Part shown: positions 25,329 through 35,808 of the stretch, piece after piece
How positions within the stretch are numbered: position 1 is the stretch's first letter
Layout: every line of letters starts with the position of its first letter
IMG/VR virus record: IMGVR_UViG_3300012933_000174
Span: 1-49,450 of that record
Origin: a virus
Lineage: Duplodnaviria; Caudoviricetes
Reading direction: 5' to 3' (one strand)
DNA length: 49,450 nucleotides
Position numbers and translations under genes: made by a program
The notes under the pieces: generated by a model
What the model was told of the DNA's origin: nothing
Database searches by the model: none
Seen by the model: the letters and a program-made list of their open reading frames with translations, nothing else

Positions 25329-28300
25329 TTAACATTCTGGTAAGATACTCGTCGTACCGTGTATTTGTTCCTGAACTAGCTTCTTGCGTAATGCTGTCGC
25401 TTGAAGTTCAAGTACAGTGTGTTTAACTAATTCCCTTTGTGTATCCTTACGAGCTTGTTTCCAATTCTCCATATCTAGGAAACGCTGATTCTGTTCTTCT
25501 AAGATTGCTGACTTCAATAAATCTCCCATTCCTGGATCTACTTGATTCATCACTTCGTCTAACGCATTCTTAAATCCTAAGTCTTTACGCGCTTCCAATA
25601 CTCTAAGAGCATTTTGCACTTCGTGGTTTGCGACTTCAACTTCTACTGTTTTCCAAGTACCGTCTGCTTGTAGTCTGTATTCTGTTACTAATTCTTTCTC
25701 ATACGGTCTTTCAGCATTTTCCAGAATATTCACTGGCTTCGTACTAATACCTTTCTGATCACCTTTTATATTTATCCTACGAGAGTTCAACTTGTCAATT
25801 TTATCTTGGACGTCTTCTAGAGTTACTTTACCATCAATCATGTCTTTCTCGAAACCCTCAATTCTAGCATCAATGTCAGCGTTTATTTTCATCGCTTTCT
25901 CATGCATCTTATCCGTAAATTCTTTAGCCGCCTTAGCTGCTTCCATATTCTGTTTACGAGTTTCAATACTTTTCATAATTTCAGGAGTATCTATTTGAAG
26001 TCGTTCAGCATTCAAATGTTCAGCGCCTCTCAGTACTCTAACAGGCTCAGCGAATAATTCATCAGCCCATGCATCAAGTCTTTTCTTTTTCACGTCAACG
26101 ATGACATCAAGTGGATTCTGATACTTTATTTTCATTCTGTCTTTAACTGACATCTTTCTCATGATTTCGAGCAGTGGATCTTCTCTGCCCTTCGGAACTC
26201 GCTCAGTAATACTGAATCTTTTCTCAATATGTTCATTCGTTCTTTTAAGAGCTTCTACCATACCCTCATCAGATGCTAACATAATTGACGCTCTTCTGCT
26301 TGTATTCATGCTCGGTAACATCGAATGTTCATCTTGGAAGTAGTCTTTCTCCAGTTTCATAACGTCTGGTATGTCTCTACTGGTACTCTCGTCGAATCCA
26401 TCTAAGATTTTATCAATGTCTATTGTGTCTTCTATGCGGGTTCTTTCTTCTCCATCGTCCCACACCTTACTCTTTTGTTTTTTATTCCCTTCCATGTAAT
26501 GCAACGCTTGATCCCAATCCCGATTACTTCCTGGATCATTTGGATCAAATCCCTCATCTCTTGATAAGTTCGTCAGATCTTCCGTAGCGTCTAATTCATA
26601 AACTGGTTGTTGTCCTATTTCTTGGATTCTGCGTTTCTCATCAGTGTTCAAAGATACTTTCTTACTGACTTCCCTCACGCTTCCGCTCTTTTTGTATTTC
26701 GGATGTGCTTGAACTCTTTTCCTGAATTCAACTAGTTTTGGATTCTGTACCTTTGCTGTTTCCAACCACGATACAAATGATTTGACTTTTTCTGGTTTAC
26801 TTTCAACGTATTTATCATACTGTTCTTTGAAATATTTTTCTTTTTCTGAGATTTCTTTCCCGCTACCTGGTTTCCCTTTCACGCCTTTCCGTCTGATCTC
26901 AACTGAATACCGCGCTATTTCATTCCCCGCTAAATCTGTCACTGATTTTTGAGGAACTAACTTAGTTTCATGCCCCTTCTTTTCCCATTTCTCGGCAGTT
27001 TTCTTTGCTGCTTCTTCAGACATATTAGGTAATTCTTTACCCGTCTCAGTTTTCGCTTTTTCCCAAACTCCAGATGTACGACCAGGTTTACCTTTCCTGG
27101 ATAACACATCAGCTCTAACTCTTCGCGTATCATCTACGCCCCAAGTTTCTGGTACCTCCGTCTCTCCCATACTTTCTAGGACTTCTTTCTTAATCCCATT
27201 TAGTACTTCGGATCTTTTCACACCAATTCGTTTCTCTTCTTCAGCAATTCTATCATCAAGGAATTTCAACACTTCAGCATGTTCTGGTGGTCTGCCTAAG
27301 CTTTCTTCCATTGTACGTTTAATCATACTTAGTTTTTCGAGTTCAGGGAGTTTCTTTTGCGGATATCTGTTCACAACGCCTTGGTTTCTTTTCAATGCTT
27401 TGTACTCAGCTACCTTTGGATTTTGTTCGTCTCCATAAACTTCTTTCGTAATTTCTTCAGATGATTTATCAAAGTGTCTTTCCCCATACGGAATCACTCT
27501 TTGTCTTGATTTTAGTTTCTCTAACTCAGACGTAATACTTTCCACTTTCAGTTTTTTCTCAACTGCATCGCCATGTCCCGAGATATACTTATTCGCATTC
27601 CCTAATTCTTCTTCGGCAATTTCCAGTTCTCTTTCCAATCTTTCTAGTGTGTTTACTTTTGAGTAGAATACTTCAGCTATTCTTTTAAGTGCTGATTCTT
27701 GTATATCAGCTGATGCTCTGTTCGAATTCTCGAGTTCTTCCAGTATTTCTACTGCTTTTAATCCAGCGTTTCTTACAGACATGTGATTCAGGATACTTTC
27801 TTTGAAGTCTCCTTGTTCGTTGAATAAATCTTTTGAGGAGTGTATGCTTTCACGTAATGCTTTTAATTCATCTGCTTCTGCTTTTAATGCTTTAACCTTT
27901 CCGAATTCTCTTTTAATACTTTCGTACTCGGCTTCAACTTGGTCTATCTTTGTTTCAGACGTTTGTGCCAATTCTGAGTCTGTGCTTAACTCTCTAATTC
28001 TTTTTACGTCGAAGTACCACTTAACTCCGTTCTCAAACTCTTCTAATTCAATTCCAGCGAATGTTTCTTTCGAAATCCCTTCATAGTGATCTACCCAAGC
28101 GTTCAATTCTTCCGCTTGTAGTTTACCTGAGTTCAAATTCAAACTTGTTAATGGTGTAATCATTCTCCGATCTTCAATGCCTTGGAATACTCCAACCAAT
28201 TTCTGAATTTCATGCTCAGTTGGCATACTTTCAACAATTCTAGCGACCTTACTGTTGAACTCTTTCAACGCTTCACCGTGTTCAGTTGTTGTTTCAATCA

Positions 28301-31300
28301 GCCCTTCTCGGAATTGTTTATTCATCCAATTCAATTTTGCTAAACATCTTTCCAGTGGGCTTCTTTCAGATGCAATCGGATGCACCTTATAATCCAAGTA
28401 ATCAATTCTTGGTCCTTCATACGGAGTTGCTTCAGCTCGTTCTCCTAAGTTCCATACAAATTCTTCTTCGGCTTCTGGCTTTTTCGAGAACATTTCTTTC
28501 AACACTGTAAGTGTATCTGGTTCTGGTACTACGTCTTCTGACATTTTCATTTCACCAGCATCTGGCACGTCATACCAAGGTTCAATTTCTTCCCCATACT
28601 CTTCTACATTAGCTAAGTACGAGAAGTCATCTTTCGATACTCCACCTGTCCATTTCCTGTCTTCACCAGTTATCATTTCTTCCAAAATGCCTCTTAACTC
28701 TGTAAGTGCAGTACCCTCAGATGTTTCTATTTCACCAGCTTTTTTAACTGTACTCCAGCGGGTTCTTTCCATACCTACAGTGTTTAGTATTTTCATTATT
28801 TCTGGAGTACTTGATGCGTGAACTAACAACTCATCCACATCCGCTACTACATCATTGAATCTCGCTTTCCTTATGTCTGGCATGTCTGATTTCTCAACTG
28901 CTTCTCGTACTTTATTTAATACGTTCTCCAGTTCTACTTTATACTTTTCTCTGGTTAATGGTCTTGTTAATACGTGTAATAACTCGTGTACCACAACCGC
29001 TTTTAATTTTGCAGGATCTGCTTTTTTTGCAGCGTCCATAATACTGATTCCAGTATCTGTTGCTGTACCTAGTATTGAACCTGTTCTTCCCATTTTTTCA
29101 AATGATAATGTTTTTCCTTCAAATCCCTGTTTGTTCATCATATCTAATAACGTATTATACAGACCACTATCTTTACCTTGTTTTTTCAAGTGATCTATCA
29201 ACTCTGGAATACTATTCATATCCCAAACTGTCTTTGGCATTTTTCTTTTAATTATTCGGACTCTTCCTAATTCCGTTGCCGTGGTTATCAGTGATGGTCG
29301 TGCTTCCCATTCAGGAGGTAGTTTTTCAATTCTTTTAAGTGCTGATTCAAGAGTGTAATGTGATGTGTTCGGAGTGCCATCAAATTTCGGTGTGAACTCC
29401 CAATCACCTTCAGGTAATACATGACTTCTCTCTAATAGGTAGTCTCCATAGTTTTCTATGTCATGCCCTTCTTTCTTAACATGTCCACTATCGTACATCT
29501 TTCTGTTTATATCTGAGATTTCCGCTTGTACTTTCGCCATTTTCTCATCATACCCTTTCAGAATTTCAATCTTTGCTGGATTTCCTTCAGAGGTATATTC
29601 TTCGTAATGACCTAGTCTTTCATCTCTAAGTGCTTTATACTCTCCAGCTAATCTATCAAGTCTGACTTGATTCTCTTCTTCTGGTGGTACAACTGCTTCT
29701 TCACTCTTTTTCTGTACTTTCATTTCTTGTTCATGTACTTCGTCTGCAGCCTTTTCTACGGCTCTTTTACTTTCCGTAAGGGCTTCCACTTTCTTATCCA
29801 TTTCTGTTACTGGCGCCATGTTCAAGTCTGTATCTGACACATCAAGAACTTTCTCGTCACCTACATGAACTTCTTTCCCAGTTTCCGTTTCCACAACATC
29901 AGGTATCTTTAAAGCTTCTTTTAACTCATTTACACGAAGTGGAACATCACTTACAGGTGCTTCAGCAGGAGCATCAGGTATCTTTAAAGCTTCTTTTAAC
30001 TCATTTACACGAAGTGGAACATCACTTACAGGTGCTTCAGCAGGAGCATCAGGTATCTTTAAAGCTTCTTTTAACTCATTTACACGAAGTGGAACATCAC
30101 TTACAGGTGCTTCAGCAGGAGCATCAGGTATCTTTAAAGCTTCTTTTAACTCATTTACACGAAGTGGAACATCACTTACAGGTGCTTCAGCAGGAGCATC
30201 AGGTATCTTTAAAGCTTCTTTTAACTCATTTACACGAAGTGGAACATCACTTACAGGTGCCTCTGGTTTTTTACCTAGTTTTCTATCTATAAACCCATTT
30301 AAATCTTCCTTTGGACCCGCTTGCTCAGTAGCATCCATTAATTGATCGTCTGCAGCTTTCCATTCTTTCATACTTTGGTCAGTGTGAGAATCCATTTTCT
30401 TATACAAATCACTTGCTTCCGCTAGTTTAATTGCCAATGTTACCTCTGGTTTAGTTTCAACTTTTACGTTCAATCCTACCATTGCAGCCGCTGTTTGTTG
30501 TTTCTTATTTTTCCAAGCGTTTATTCCTGATTTAATCGCCATACCCACTGGCGCAAGAGCAAATCCTAACGCCGCTCCAGAAGCTATACCGTTCAGGTGT
30601 TCTTCGAGTGTCATGTTCTCTCTAGCCCAGCTTGGACCTTCAAAGTTCGCCATGAACAATCCAGCATGTGCACCACCCTTAATCATTCCTGCGCCTACCT
30701 GCAACGCTGTACTATTCTTTACTGCGTTCGCAACTGCGGATTTCGCAACTGCTGCTGTGACGCTTTTCTTAACTATCGCTCTCTCTACTGTACCCGCAGC
30801 ATAACCAATTAATTTCGCTTCTGCATTTACTAATCCGCCACCCAAATACGTAACAGGTTGTATTACTGTACCAAGAGCCATTAATCCAAAGTTCTCAATA
30901 CCTGAGCGTTTTGACATATCTTCTTCCATCGCTTTGTCAACTGAGAAATCTCTAGCTAATGCAACCGCTGAATGATCTCCCTTTTCCGCTTGTACTTCAT
31001 GTACCTTTTGTTGTTGTTCTGGAGTTAAGTCCTTTGTCATTCTTTTCAAATCAAGGCCTGGTATACTGCTTTTGTCTCTTTCCGCTGCCACCTTCCTTTC
31101 ATGCAATGATAACATTGCTACAGGATTTAACGCGTACGTATTTGATTCCAAACCAGTTGGCATTAATGTATCATCACCTGATAACATTCTTCCCCAACCT
31201 TCCAAAGACATACTTTGATTGTCTTCTTTTCTAAATCTTGCGTGGCTTGCTCCGAGGTTCTTCAGGCTCTCAATGTGAGCTGCTTCGCTCTGCATCGTCT

Positions 31301-31928
31301 GGCCACCTTTCTCTTTCATGCGTATATACTTCTGAATTAGTTCCCCTCGTTCATCAGTCATTACGTACCCAACTTGGTTCGCCCATTCATCTTTTGATAT
31401 TAATCCATTTGTATGGTTGTCATCAGCTTCTTTCAATCCTTTAACTAGATTCTCCGCTCGTGCTATATCAGCAGGTGATAATGTAATATCATCAAGTCTG
31501 TCAGGAGTCCAGTTCAATCTTGTTAGTGGATCTTTAGCTGTTTCAATACTGTCAACGTTCTTGTTATCAATGCTTGAATCCAACAATGAATACGCTTCTT
31601 TCTGTCCACGCACCTCTGTTGAATCTTTTGATTTATACGCCTGATCATACACTGCTTGACCTAATGTCATTTCTAATAAACCAATGTTAACATTCCCGTG
31701 AGGTGTTTTCATCTGAGCTTCTGAAACGATTCGATCTTTAGTGAAGTCCTTCTCTCTTGGAGTTGTACTTACTTCTTGACCTTTAAGTCTTTGTGCCCAA
31801 TCAGCAGCGTTATCTCCCGCTTCTGTTCCTATTTCAGGACCTGACGCGTCTAATCGAACCGTGTTCGTATCTGTTTTAAAGGTATCAATATCATGTACGT
31901 CTTCAATCTTTTTAAATTCTTCTGACAC
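25329..31928 (-). CDS. 2199-aa internal virion/polyvalent protein
   Basis: Position after the gp15-like gene; SNase-like N-terminus, TM-like region, 25-aa repeats, HELLH motif. Confidence 0.75.
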   Translation of the reverse strand: MSEEFKKIEDVHDIDTFKTDTNTVRLDASGPEIGTEAGDNAADWAQRLKGQEVSTTPREKDFTKDRIVSEAQMKTPHGNVNIGLLEMTLGQAVYDQAYKSKDSTEVRGQKEAYSLLDSSIDNKNVDSIETAKDPLTRLNWTPDRLDDITLSPADIARAENLVKGLKEADDNHTNGLISKDEWANQVGYVMTDERGELIQKYIRMKEKGGQTMQSEAAHIESLKNLGASHARFRKEDNQSMSLEGWGRMLSGDDTLMPTGLESNTYALNPVAMLSLHERKVAAERDKSSIPGLDLKRMTKDLTPEQQQKVHEVQAEKGDHSAVALARDFSVDKAMEEDMSKRSGIENFGLMALGTVIQPVTYLGGGLVNAEAKLIGYAAGTVERAIVKKSVTAAVAKSAVANAVKNSTALQVGAGMIKGGAHAGLFMANFEGPSWARENMTLEEHLNGIASGAALGFALAPVGMAIKSGINAWKNKKQQTAAAMVGLNVKVETKPEVTLAIKLAEASDLYKKMDSHTDQSMKEWKAADDQLMDATEQAGPKEDLNGFIDRKLGKKPEAPVSDVPLRVNELKEALKIPDAPAEAPVSDVPLRVNELKEALKIPDAPAEAPVSDVPLRVNELKEALKIPDAPAEAPVSDVPLRVNELKEALKIPDAPAEAPVSDVPLRVNELKEALKIPDVVETETGKEVHVGDEKVLDVSDTDLNMAPVTEMDKKVEALTESKRAVEKAADEVHEQEMKVQKKSEEAVVPPEEENQVRLDRLAGEYKALRDERLGHYEEYTSEGNPAKIEILKGYDEKMAKVQAEISDINRKMYDSGHVKKEGHDIENYGDYLLERSHVLPEGDWEFTPKFDGTPNTSHYTLESALKRIEKLPPEWEARPSLITTATELGRVRIIKRKMPKTVWDMNSIPELIDHLKKQGKDSGLYNTLLDMMNKQGFEGKTLSFEKMGRTGSILGTATDTGISIMDAAKKADPAKLKAVVVHELLHVLTRPLTREKYKVELENVLNKVREAVEKSDMPDIRKARFNDVVADVDELLVHASSTPEIMKILNTVGMERTRWSTVKKAGEIETSEGTALTELRGILEEMITGEDRKWTGGVSKDDFSYLANVEEYGEEIEPWYDVPDAGEMKMSEDVVPEPDTLTVLKEMFSKKPEAEEEFVWNLGERAEATPYEGPRIDYLDYKVHPIASERSPLERCLAKLNWMNKQFREGLIETTTEHGEALKEFNSKVARIVESMPTEHEIQKLVGVFQGIEDRRMITPLTSLNLNSGKLQAEELNAWVDHYEGISKETFAGIELEEFENGVKWYFDVKRIRELSTDSELAQTSETKIDQVEAEYESIKREFGKVKALKAEADELKALRESIHSSKDLFNEQGDFKESILNHMSVRNAGLKAVEILEELENSNRASADIQESALKRIAEVFYSKVNTLERLERELEIAEEELGNANKYISGHGDAVEKKLKVESITSELEKLKSRQRVIPYGERHFDKSSEEITKEVYGDEQNPKVAEYKALKRNQGVVNRYPQKKLPELEKLSMIKRTMEESLGRPPEHAEVLKFLDDRIAEEEKRIGVKRSEVLNGIKKEVLESMGETEVPETWGVDDTRRVRADVLSRKGKPGRTSGVWEKAKTETGKELPNMSEEAAKKTAEKWEKKGHETKLVPQKSVTDLAGNEIARYSVEIRRKGVKGKPGSGKEISEKEKYFKEQYDKYVESKPEKVKSFVSWLETAKVQNPKLVEFRKRVQAHPKYKKSGSVREVSKKVSLNTDEKRRIQEIGQQPVYELDATEDLTNLSRDEGFDPNDPGSNRDWDQALHYMEGNKKQKSKVWDDGEERTRIEDTIDIDKILDGFDESTSRDIPDVMKLEKDYFQDEHSMLPSMNTSRRASIMLASDEGMVEALKRTNEHIEKRFSITERVPKGREDPLLEIMRKMSVKDRMKIKYQNPLDVIVDVKKKRLDAWADELFAEPVRVLRGAEHLNAERLQIDTPEIMKSIETRKQNMEAAKAAKEFTDKMHEKAMKINADIDARIEGFEKDMIDGKVTLEDVQDKIDKLNSRRINIKGDQKGISTKPVNILENAERPYEKELVTEYRLQADGTWKTVEVEVANHEVQNALRVLEARKDLGFKNALDEVMNQVDPGMGDLLKSAILEEQNQRFLDMENWKQARKDTQRELVKHTVLELQATALRKKLVQEQIHGTTSILPEC
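29897..30260. repeat. Perfect 75-bp tandem repeat, about 4.9 copies
   Basis: Units start at 29897, 29972, 30047, 30122, 30197; encodes EAPVSDVPLRVNELKEALKIPDAPA. Confidence 0.97.
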
Positions 31929-31937
31929 TAACCCTCC

Positions 31938-34900
31938 TTAATTTGTGAATGATAATCCTGACCAGTCTTGACCAAAATCGTTTCCTGGTTTGTTTTTCAT
32001 CATGATTCTCTTCTGATGTAAATCAGCAGCGTAAACCGCTAGTTCTTCTTTGGATACTACGTAAATTGTATTATTCGCATGGATCATTAATTGATTCGTT
32101 ACGTTATCATACTGAACGTCATTTATCGACATATCTTTAAATGAGCGAAGTTTGTTTTTTTCTGTCACACCTTCATTAACAACACTGTCCATAAAGTCTT
32201 GTGAATTATTCAACACGTCTTCTACTGAGTACGTTGTTCCGTCATTTATTCCCGTTGGTTTAACCCAATTCAGATCTTGTGTACCCCATACTACATGACC
32301 GTTCAAGACTGTATTACCTTTCACCATAGCTTGTTTAGCCCACTCGACTCCAGCTTGTTGGTTTCCTTTTATTTGCATACCTGTTTTACATAATCTATTA
32401 AATCGTGATACGTCTGTGCTAGATTCTTGTAAAACATTCCAGAATCTTTTGTCTTGTTCAGTACCGTCTTTTGTAGGATTATTTTTAAGTAACCATTCTG
32501 CCGCGTCTCTATCAGACAGTGCCTTCTCACCTGTATCAAACTTCGATACTGATAAACTTCCTGGAGCATCTTTGTGGTTTTTAACCCACTCTCCCCATTC
32601 GTCACCAATTTGTTTCGGTGTTTTACCTTCATTTATTCCATTCGCGTAGATACTCAATTTAACTTGGTCTTCTTCACTTAGACTTCTATCAATTACCGCT
32701 GTATCCTTTATGTTTATTAGTGGTGCCCACGCTGCTTTAGCTTCTGGCATAAAATCCATTGTTTTCGGATCTACCTGACCTTGGATGTTTAACATCATTG
32801 CTTGCGCTAGTCCACCAATTATTTCGTTCTTTTTCGTGCTATTCATTACCCGTTTTAAGTATTTTTCTTGTTCCACTGGGTTTTCCATTAGATACCTTAA
32901 AGCATCCTGTGCTTGAGGTTCAGCTCCTGATTTCCCAAATGCTGTTAGTTTCACGTTATTCGCTGCTGCTAATTCAATAACTTCTTGAACATCAGCTAAT
33001 CGTTCTACCTTCTCTTTCTTTTCTCGAGGTAATACTTCAATACTTAAGTTTCCAGGACTATAACCAGCTCTGTTTGCTTGTTTTGCATTCTGTAAATCTA
33101 CGGCATTTTGTAATTCATCTTGTTCAACTTTATCTGTTTTCTTTTTTGTTTCTGCAGCGTCAATCGCACCATCTAATGATAACTCTGCTTTCATTAGTAT
33201 TCTTTTTTCTTCAGCTGTGGCATTCGGATTCTCTCTCTCGATTTGAAGTATAATAGCCTTCGCTTTACTTGGATCGTCATGGATTTTTGCATCTACCTTT
33301 GCTGCTAATTCAATACCTTCAATATCATCTTGAAAGTCTTTCTTTCTTTGATTCTGTTCATGCTCAACTGCTGTATATATTTCAGCCACTTGCTTTGGAT
33401 CCATTTTAGCTAGTACTTCTGGAGGAGGTAACTCTGGTGGTTTTCCACCATTCATTGCGTGTGCAATCAATCCAATAATATCACCATGTGTTCCATCATC
33501 TTTCATCATAATGTCACGCATTTCAAGTAAATTCTCTTGTATGGTCTGTGCTGACATTGTGGCTTTGTTACCATTCACACCGTCATATTTACCACTCCCT
33601 GAGCTGCCTTTAAACCCCGCCCATAAGCTTGCCATGCCGTCATTTGCTTTTTCAACGGAGCCTTTTCCTTGCAGGAATGCTCTTACATCGTCGTTTTTCC
33701 AAACAAGGTTTGCTATTAATCTTTTTTGATTATCCACAGTCATTGGTGCATCTAAATCAACTCCAGAACCCTCAACTGCCGAAGGCATTGTTGTAGCAAT
33801 TATTTGTCCACCACCAGCCGCGTTCAACACACCTGCTTGTTGTAATTTAATAACTTGTCTAAGGGATAATTGTGTAATATCACCGTCATACTTTGTATAA
33901 GATCCTTTGCCTTGTTTTGAGCTTAGTAATCCAACTCCCCAGTTCCCACCGTTCTCAGCATTAAACAAACCAAATAAACCATGCTCATCGTGTTTAAATA
34001 TTCTGTTCCCAGTCATAGAGTTCTTATATGCTTGGATGTTATTGTCTATTTCAATCTTGTCGCGTTTTCTTCCTATACCATTCGCCTGTACGTCCAGTTT
34101 ATTAATCAGGTATTTACTTTTTTCAGAGCCTAAGTCTCTTTGTGCAATAGCTAATCTACTTCTTTGATATATAGTTTCAACACTACTCGGATCAGACTCA
34201 ACTGCGTCTTTCATATCATCCACTGCACCTTGTACTATTTTATGAGTCTCCTCTTCGTACTTCGAAGCTGCTTGCATTATCCTGACTCTGTTCTTATGTG
34301 GCATCATATCAAAACCATGTATGTGTAATCCTGCTCTGTATAATCCCGCATGACCATTCGATAGTGCTGCTTCAATTGCATTCGATTGTGCGTTGTAGAA
34401 TCCTTCCTTGCTTATGTCCATACTAGGATTCCAAGTGAATTCCTTCGTTGCTTTTTCTCCGTACTCTTTCAACACGTCTGGATCACCAGCAGCAGCATCT
34501 TTCAGAATATCAAATTCATCCGATTTCTGTAAGAAATGTTGCGTCCATGTTTCTTCCGTTTGTTGCGCCGCGTAAGCAATATGATTCTTCATATGCTCTC
34601 TGGCTAATGTTCTTGTGTTATCTGTGTATTTGTCCATGATGATTCTTTGTGCTTCTGGATCATCTTTGTAATTTTCAATGTACTTCCCGAGCTGATCTTG
34701 TTTTCGTTTTAAGAATTCTTCTGGGGTATCTGCAGCGTATTTTTCTGAGTTCTGTAAGTCCTCAATGTAAATCGCATCCATCGTATTCTTCAAACCTTGG
34801 ACTTGTGCCGCTTTGTAGCTTACATTCTGCCCAGCTAAAGCTTCAATGAACCCAGTTCTTTTGTTTGCTTTATCAACTTCATTTACACCCAATTGAAATC

Positions 34901-35162
34901 CTTGTCTCGCTTGTGCTGCTAATTCAGATTCTTGATCAACTTCGTTCTGATGGCCTGCTAATATTCTTCCGAATGGTTCCGCTAAGGCACTCCCTAGTTT
35001 GTCCCAATTCTGTGAATCTTCGCCAGTTTCAATCGGATTCCCAGTTCTTAACGGTGAAACTTTTAAGTCTGCAAACGATCTCGTCGCTGTCTCTTTATTT
35101 AAAATCCCAGCGTTCGCATCGTCTGTCGCATTTCTAATTGGCTCTCCATACTCAGTTGTCAT
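31938..35162 (-). CDS. Internal virion protein (gp15-like) with lysozyme-like domain
   Basis: Position; ~33550-33980 encodes AE..G ... ITQLSL.QV...Q ... AAG..QII..T ... NQ ... A..WA.F ... Y.G..GNKA. Confidence 0.75.
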   Translation of the reverse strand: MTTEYGEPIRNATDDANAGILNKETATRSFADLKVSPLRTGNPIETGEDSQNWDKLGSALAEPFGRILAGHQNEVDQESELAAQARQGFQLGVNEVDKANKRTGFIEALAGQNVSYKAAQVQGLKNTMDAIYIEDLQNSEKYAADTPEEFLKRKQDQLGKYIENYKDDPEAQRIIMDKYTDNTRTLAREHMKNHIAYAAQQTEETWTQHFLQKSDEFDILKDAAAGDPDVLKEYGEKATKEFTWNPSMDISKEGFYNAQSNAIEAALSNGHAGLYRAGLHIHGFDMMPHKNRVRIMQAASKYEEETHKIVQGAVDDMKDAVESDPSSVETIYQRSRLAIAQRDLGSEKSKYLINKLDVQANGIGRKRDKIEIDNNIQAYKNSMTGNRIFKHDEHGLFGLFNAENGGNWGVGLLSSKQGKGSYTKYDGDITQLSLRQVIKLQQAGVLNAAGGGQIIATTMPSAVEGSGVDLDAPMTVDNQKRLIANLVWKNDDVRAFLQGKGSVEKANDGMASLWAGFKGSSGSGKYDGVNGNKATMSAQTIQENLLEMRDIMMKDDGTHGDIIGLIAHAMNGGKPPELPPPEVLAKMDPKQVAEIYTAVEHEQNQRKKDFQDDIEGIELAAKVDAKIHDDPSKAKAIILQIERENPNATAEEKRILMKAELSLDGAIDAAETKKKTDKVEQDELQNAVDLQNAKQANRAGYSPGNLSIEVLPREKKEKVERLADVQEVIELAAANNVKLTAFGKSGAEPQAQDALRYLMENPVEQEKYLKRVMNSTKKNEIIGGLAQAMMLNIQGQVDPKTMDFMPEAKAAWAPLINIKDTAVIDRSLSEEDQVKLSIYANGINEGKTPKQIGDEWGEWVKNHKDAPGSLSVSKFDTGEKALSDRDAAEWLLKNNPTKDGTEQDKRFWNVLQESSTDVSRFNRLCKTGMQIKGNQQAGVEWAKQAMVKGNTVLNGHVVWGTQDLNWVKPTGINDGTTYSVEDVLNNSQDFMDSVVNEGVTEKNKLRSFKDMSINDVQYDNVTNQLMIHANNTIYVVSKEELAVYAADLHQKRIMMKNKPGNDFGQDWSGLSFTN

Positions 35163-35800
35163 TCCCCGCCTCCCTTCAATGTATCCGTTGCTGTACTATT
35201 TAAGTAGAATGGTTCACCTGCTGGTGTACTTTCTTCACTTGGTCCTTTCCAAGCATCCCATGAGTTCACTACTCTATTCATAAATTCTTTGCTTCCAATA
35301 ATTGGAGCCATCTTAGCCGCTGTATCTAGCCAGATGTTTTTCATGCGTTTCTTTCTTACTTGAGGGATTCCTAACTGATTGTAACTTAATTGATAGGCTC
35401 TATCTTTATACTCCATTTTCTGAGCATGATATTCATCATTACTCGCGCCGATGGCAAGCCCCATATTGACTTTTGTTTGTTGGATTGATGAGTTCACTGA
35501 CCCACCTTGTACACCACCTACTGCTGCACTTATTTTAGCGCTCGCTTCAGCGTCATCTTGGTTCATTCTAATTCTGTTCTGACTTAACATCTTTCTACGT
35601 CCCAACTCAGTTAATCCGAGTTCATTCGCATTCACTTGACTCATTACTGATTTATGCGCAGCTAGTTTTTCACTCCACGCATCATACGTTTCATTCCAAG
35701 TTTGTCTGGTACTTGTCTTATCGAATAACGATGTTAAACCACTTAATGTTGTACCTACAAGGCTTTGGTAGAAGCCTCCGTAATTGTTTTCTTCTGACAC
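35159..35800 (-). CDS. Internal virion protein (gp14-like)
   Basis: A...SAA.GGV.G.SV motif; GTG start with AGGAGG RBS. Confidence 0.75.
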   Translation of the reverse strand: MSEENNYGGFYQSLVGTTLSGLTSLFDKTSTRQTWNETYDAWSEKLAAHKSVMSQVNANELGLTELGRRKMLSQNRIRMNQDDAEASAKISAAVGGVQGGSVNSSIQQTKVNMGLAIGASNDEYHAQKMEYKDRAYQLSYNQLGIPQVRKKRMKNIWLDTAAKMAPIIGSKEFMNRVVNSWDAWKGPSEESTPAGEPFYLNSTATDTLKGGGE

Positions 35801-35808
35801 TTCTCCTC

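Noticed and set aside
29897-30260. Possible CRISPR array
   Set aside because: Units are contiguous identical 75-mers without spacers, in frame within a CDS; no cas genes
25329-31928. N4-type virion RNA polymerase
   Set aside because: No DxxGR or A/B/C polymerase motifs recognisable in the 2199-aa protein
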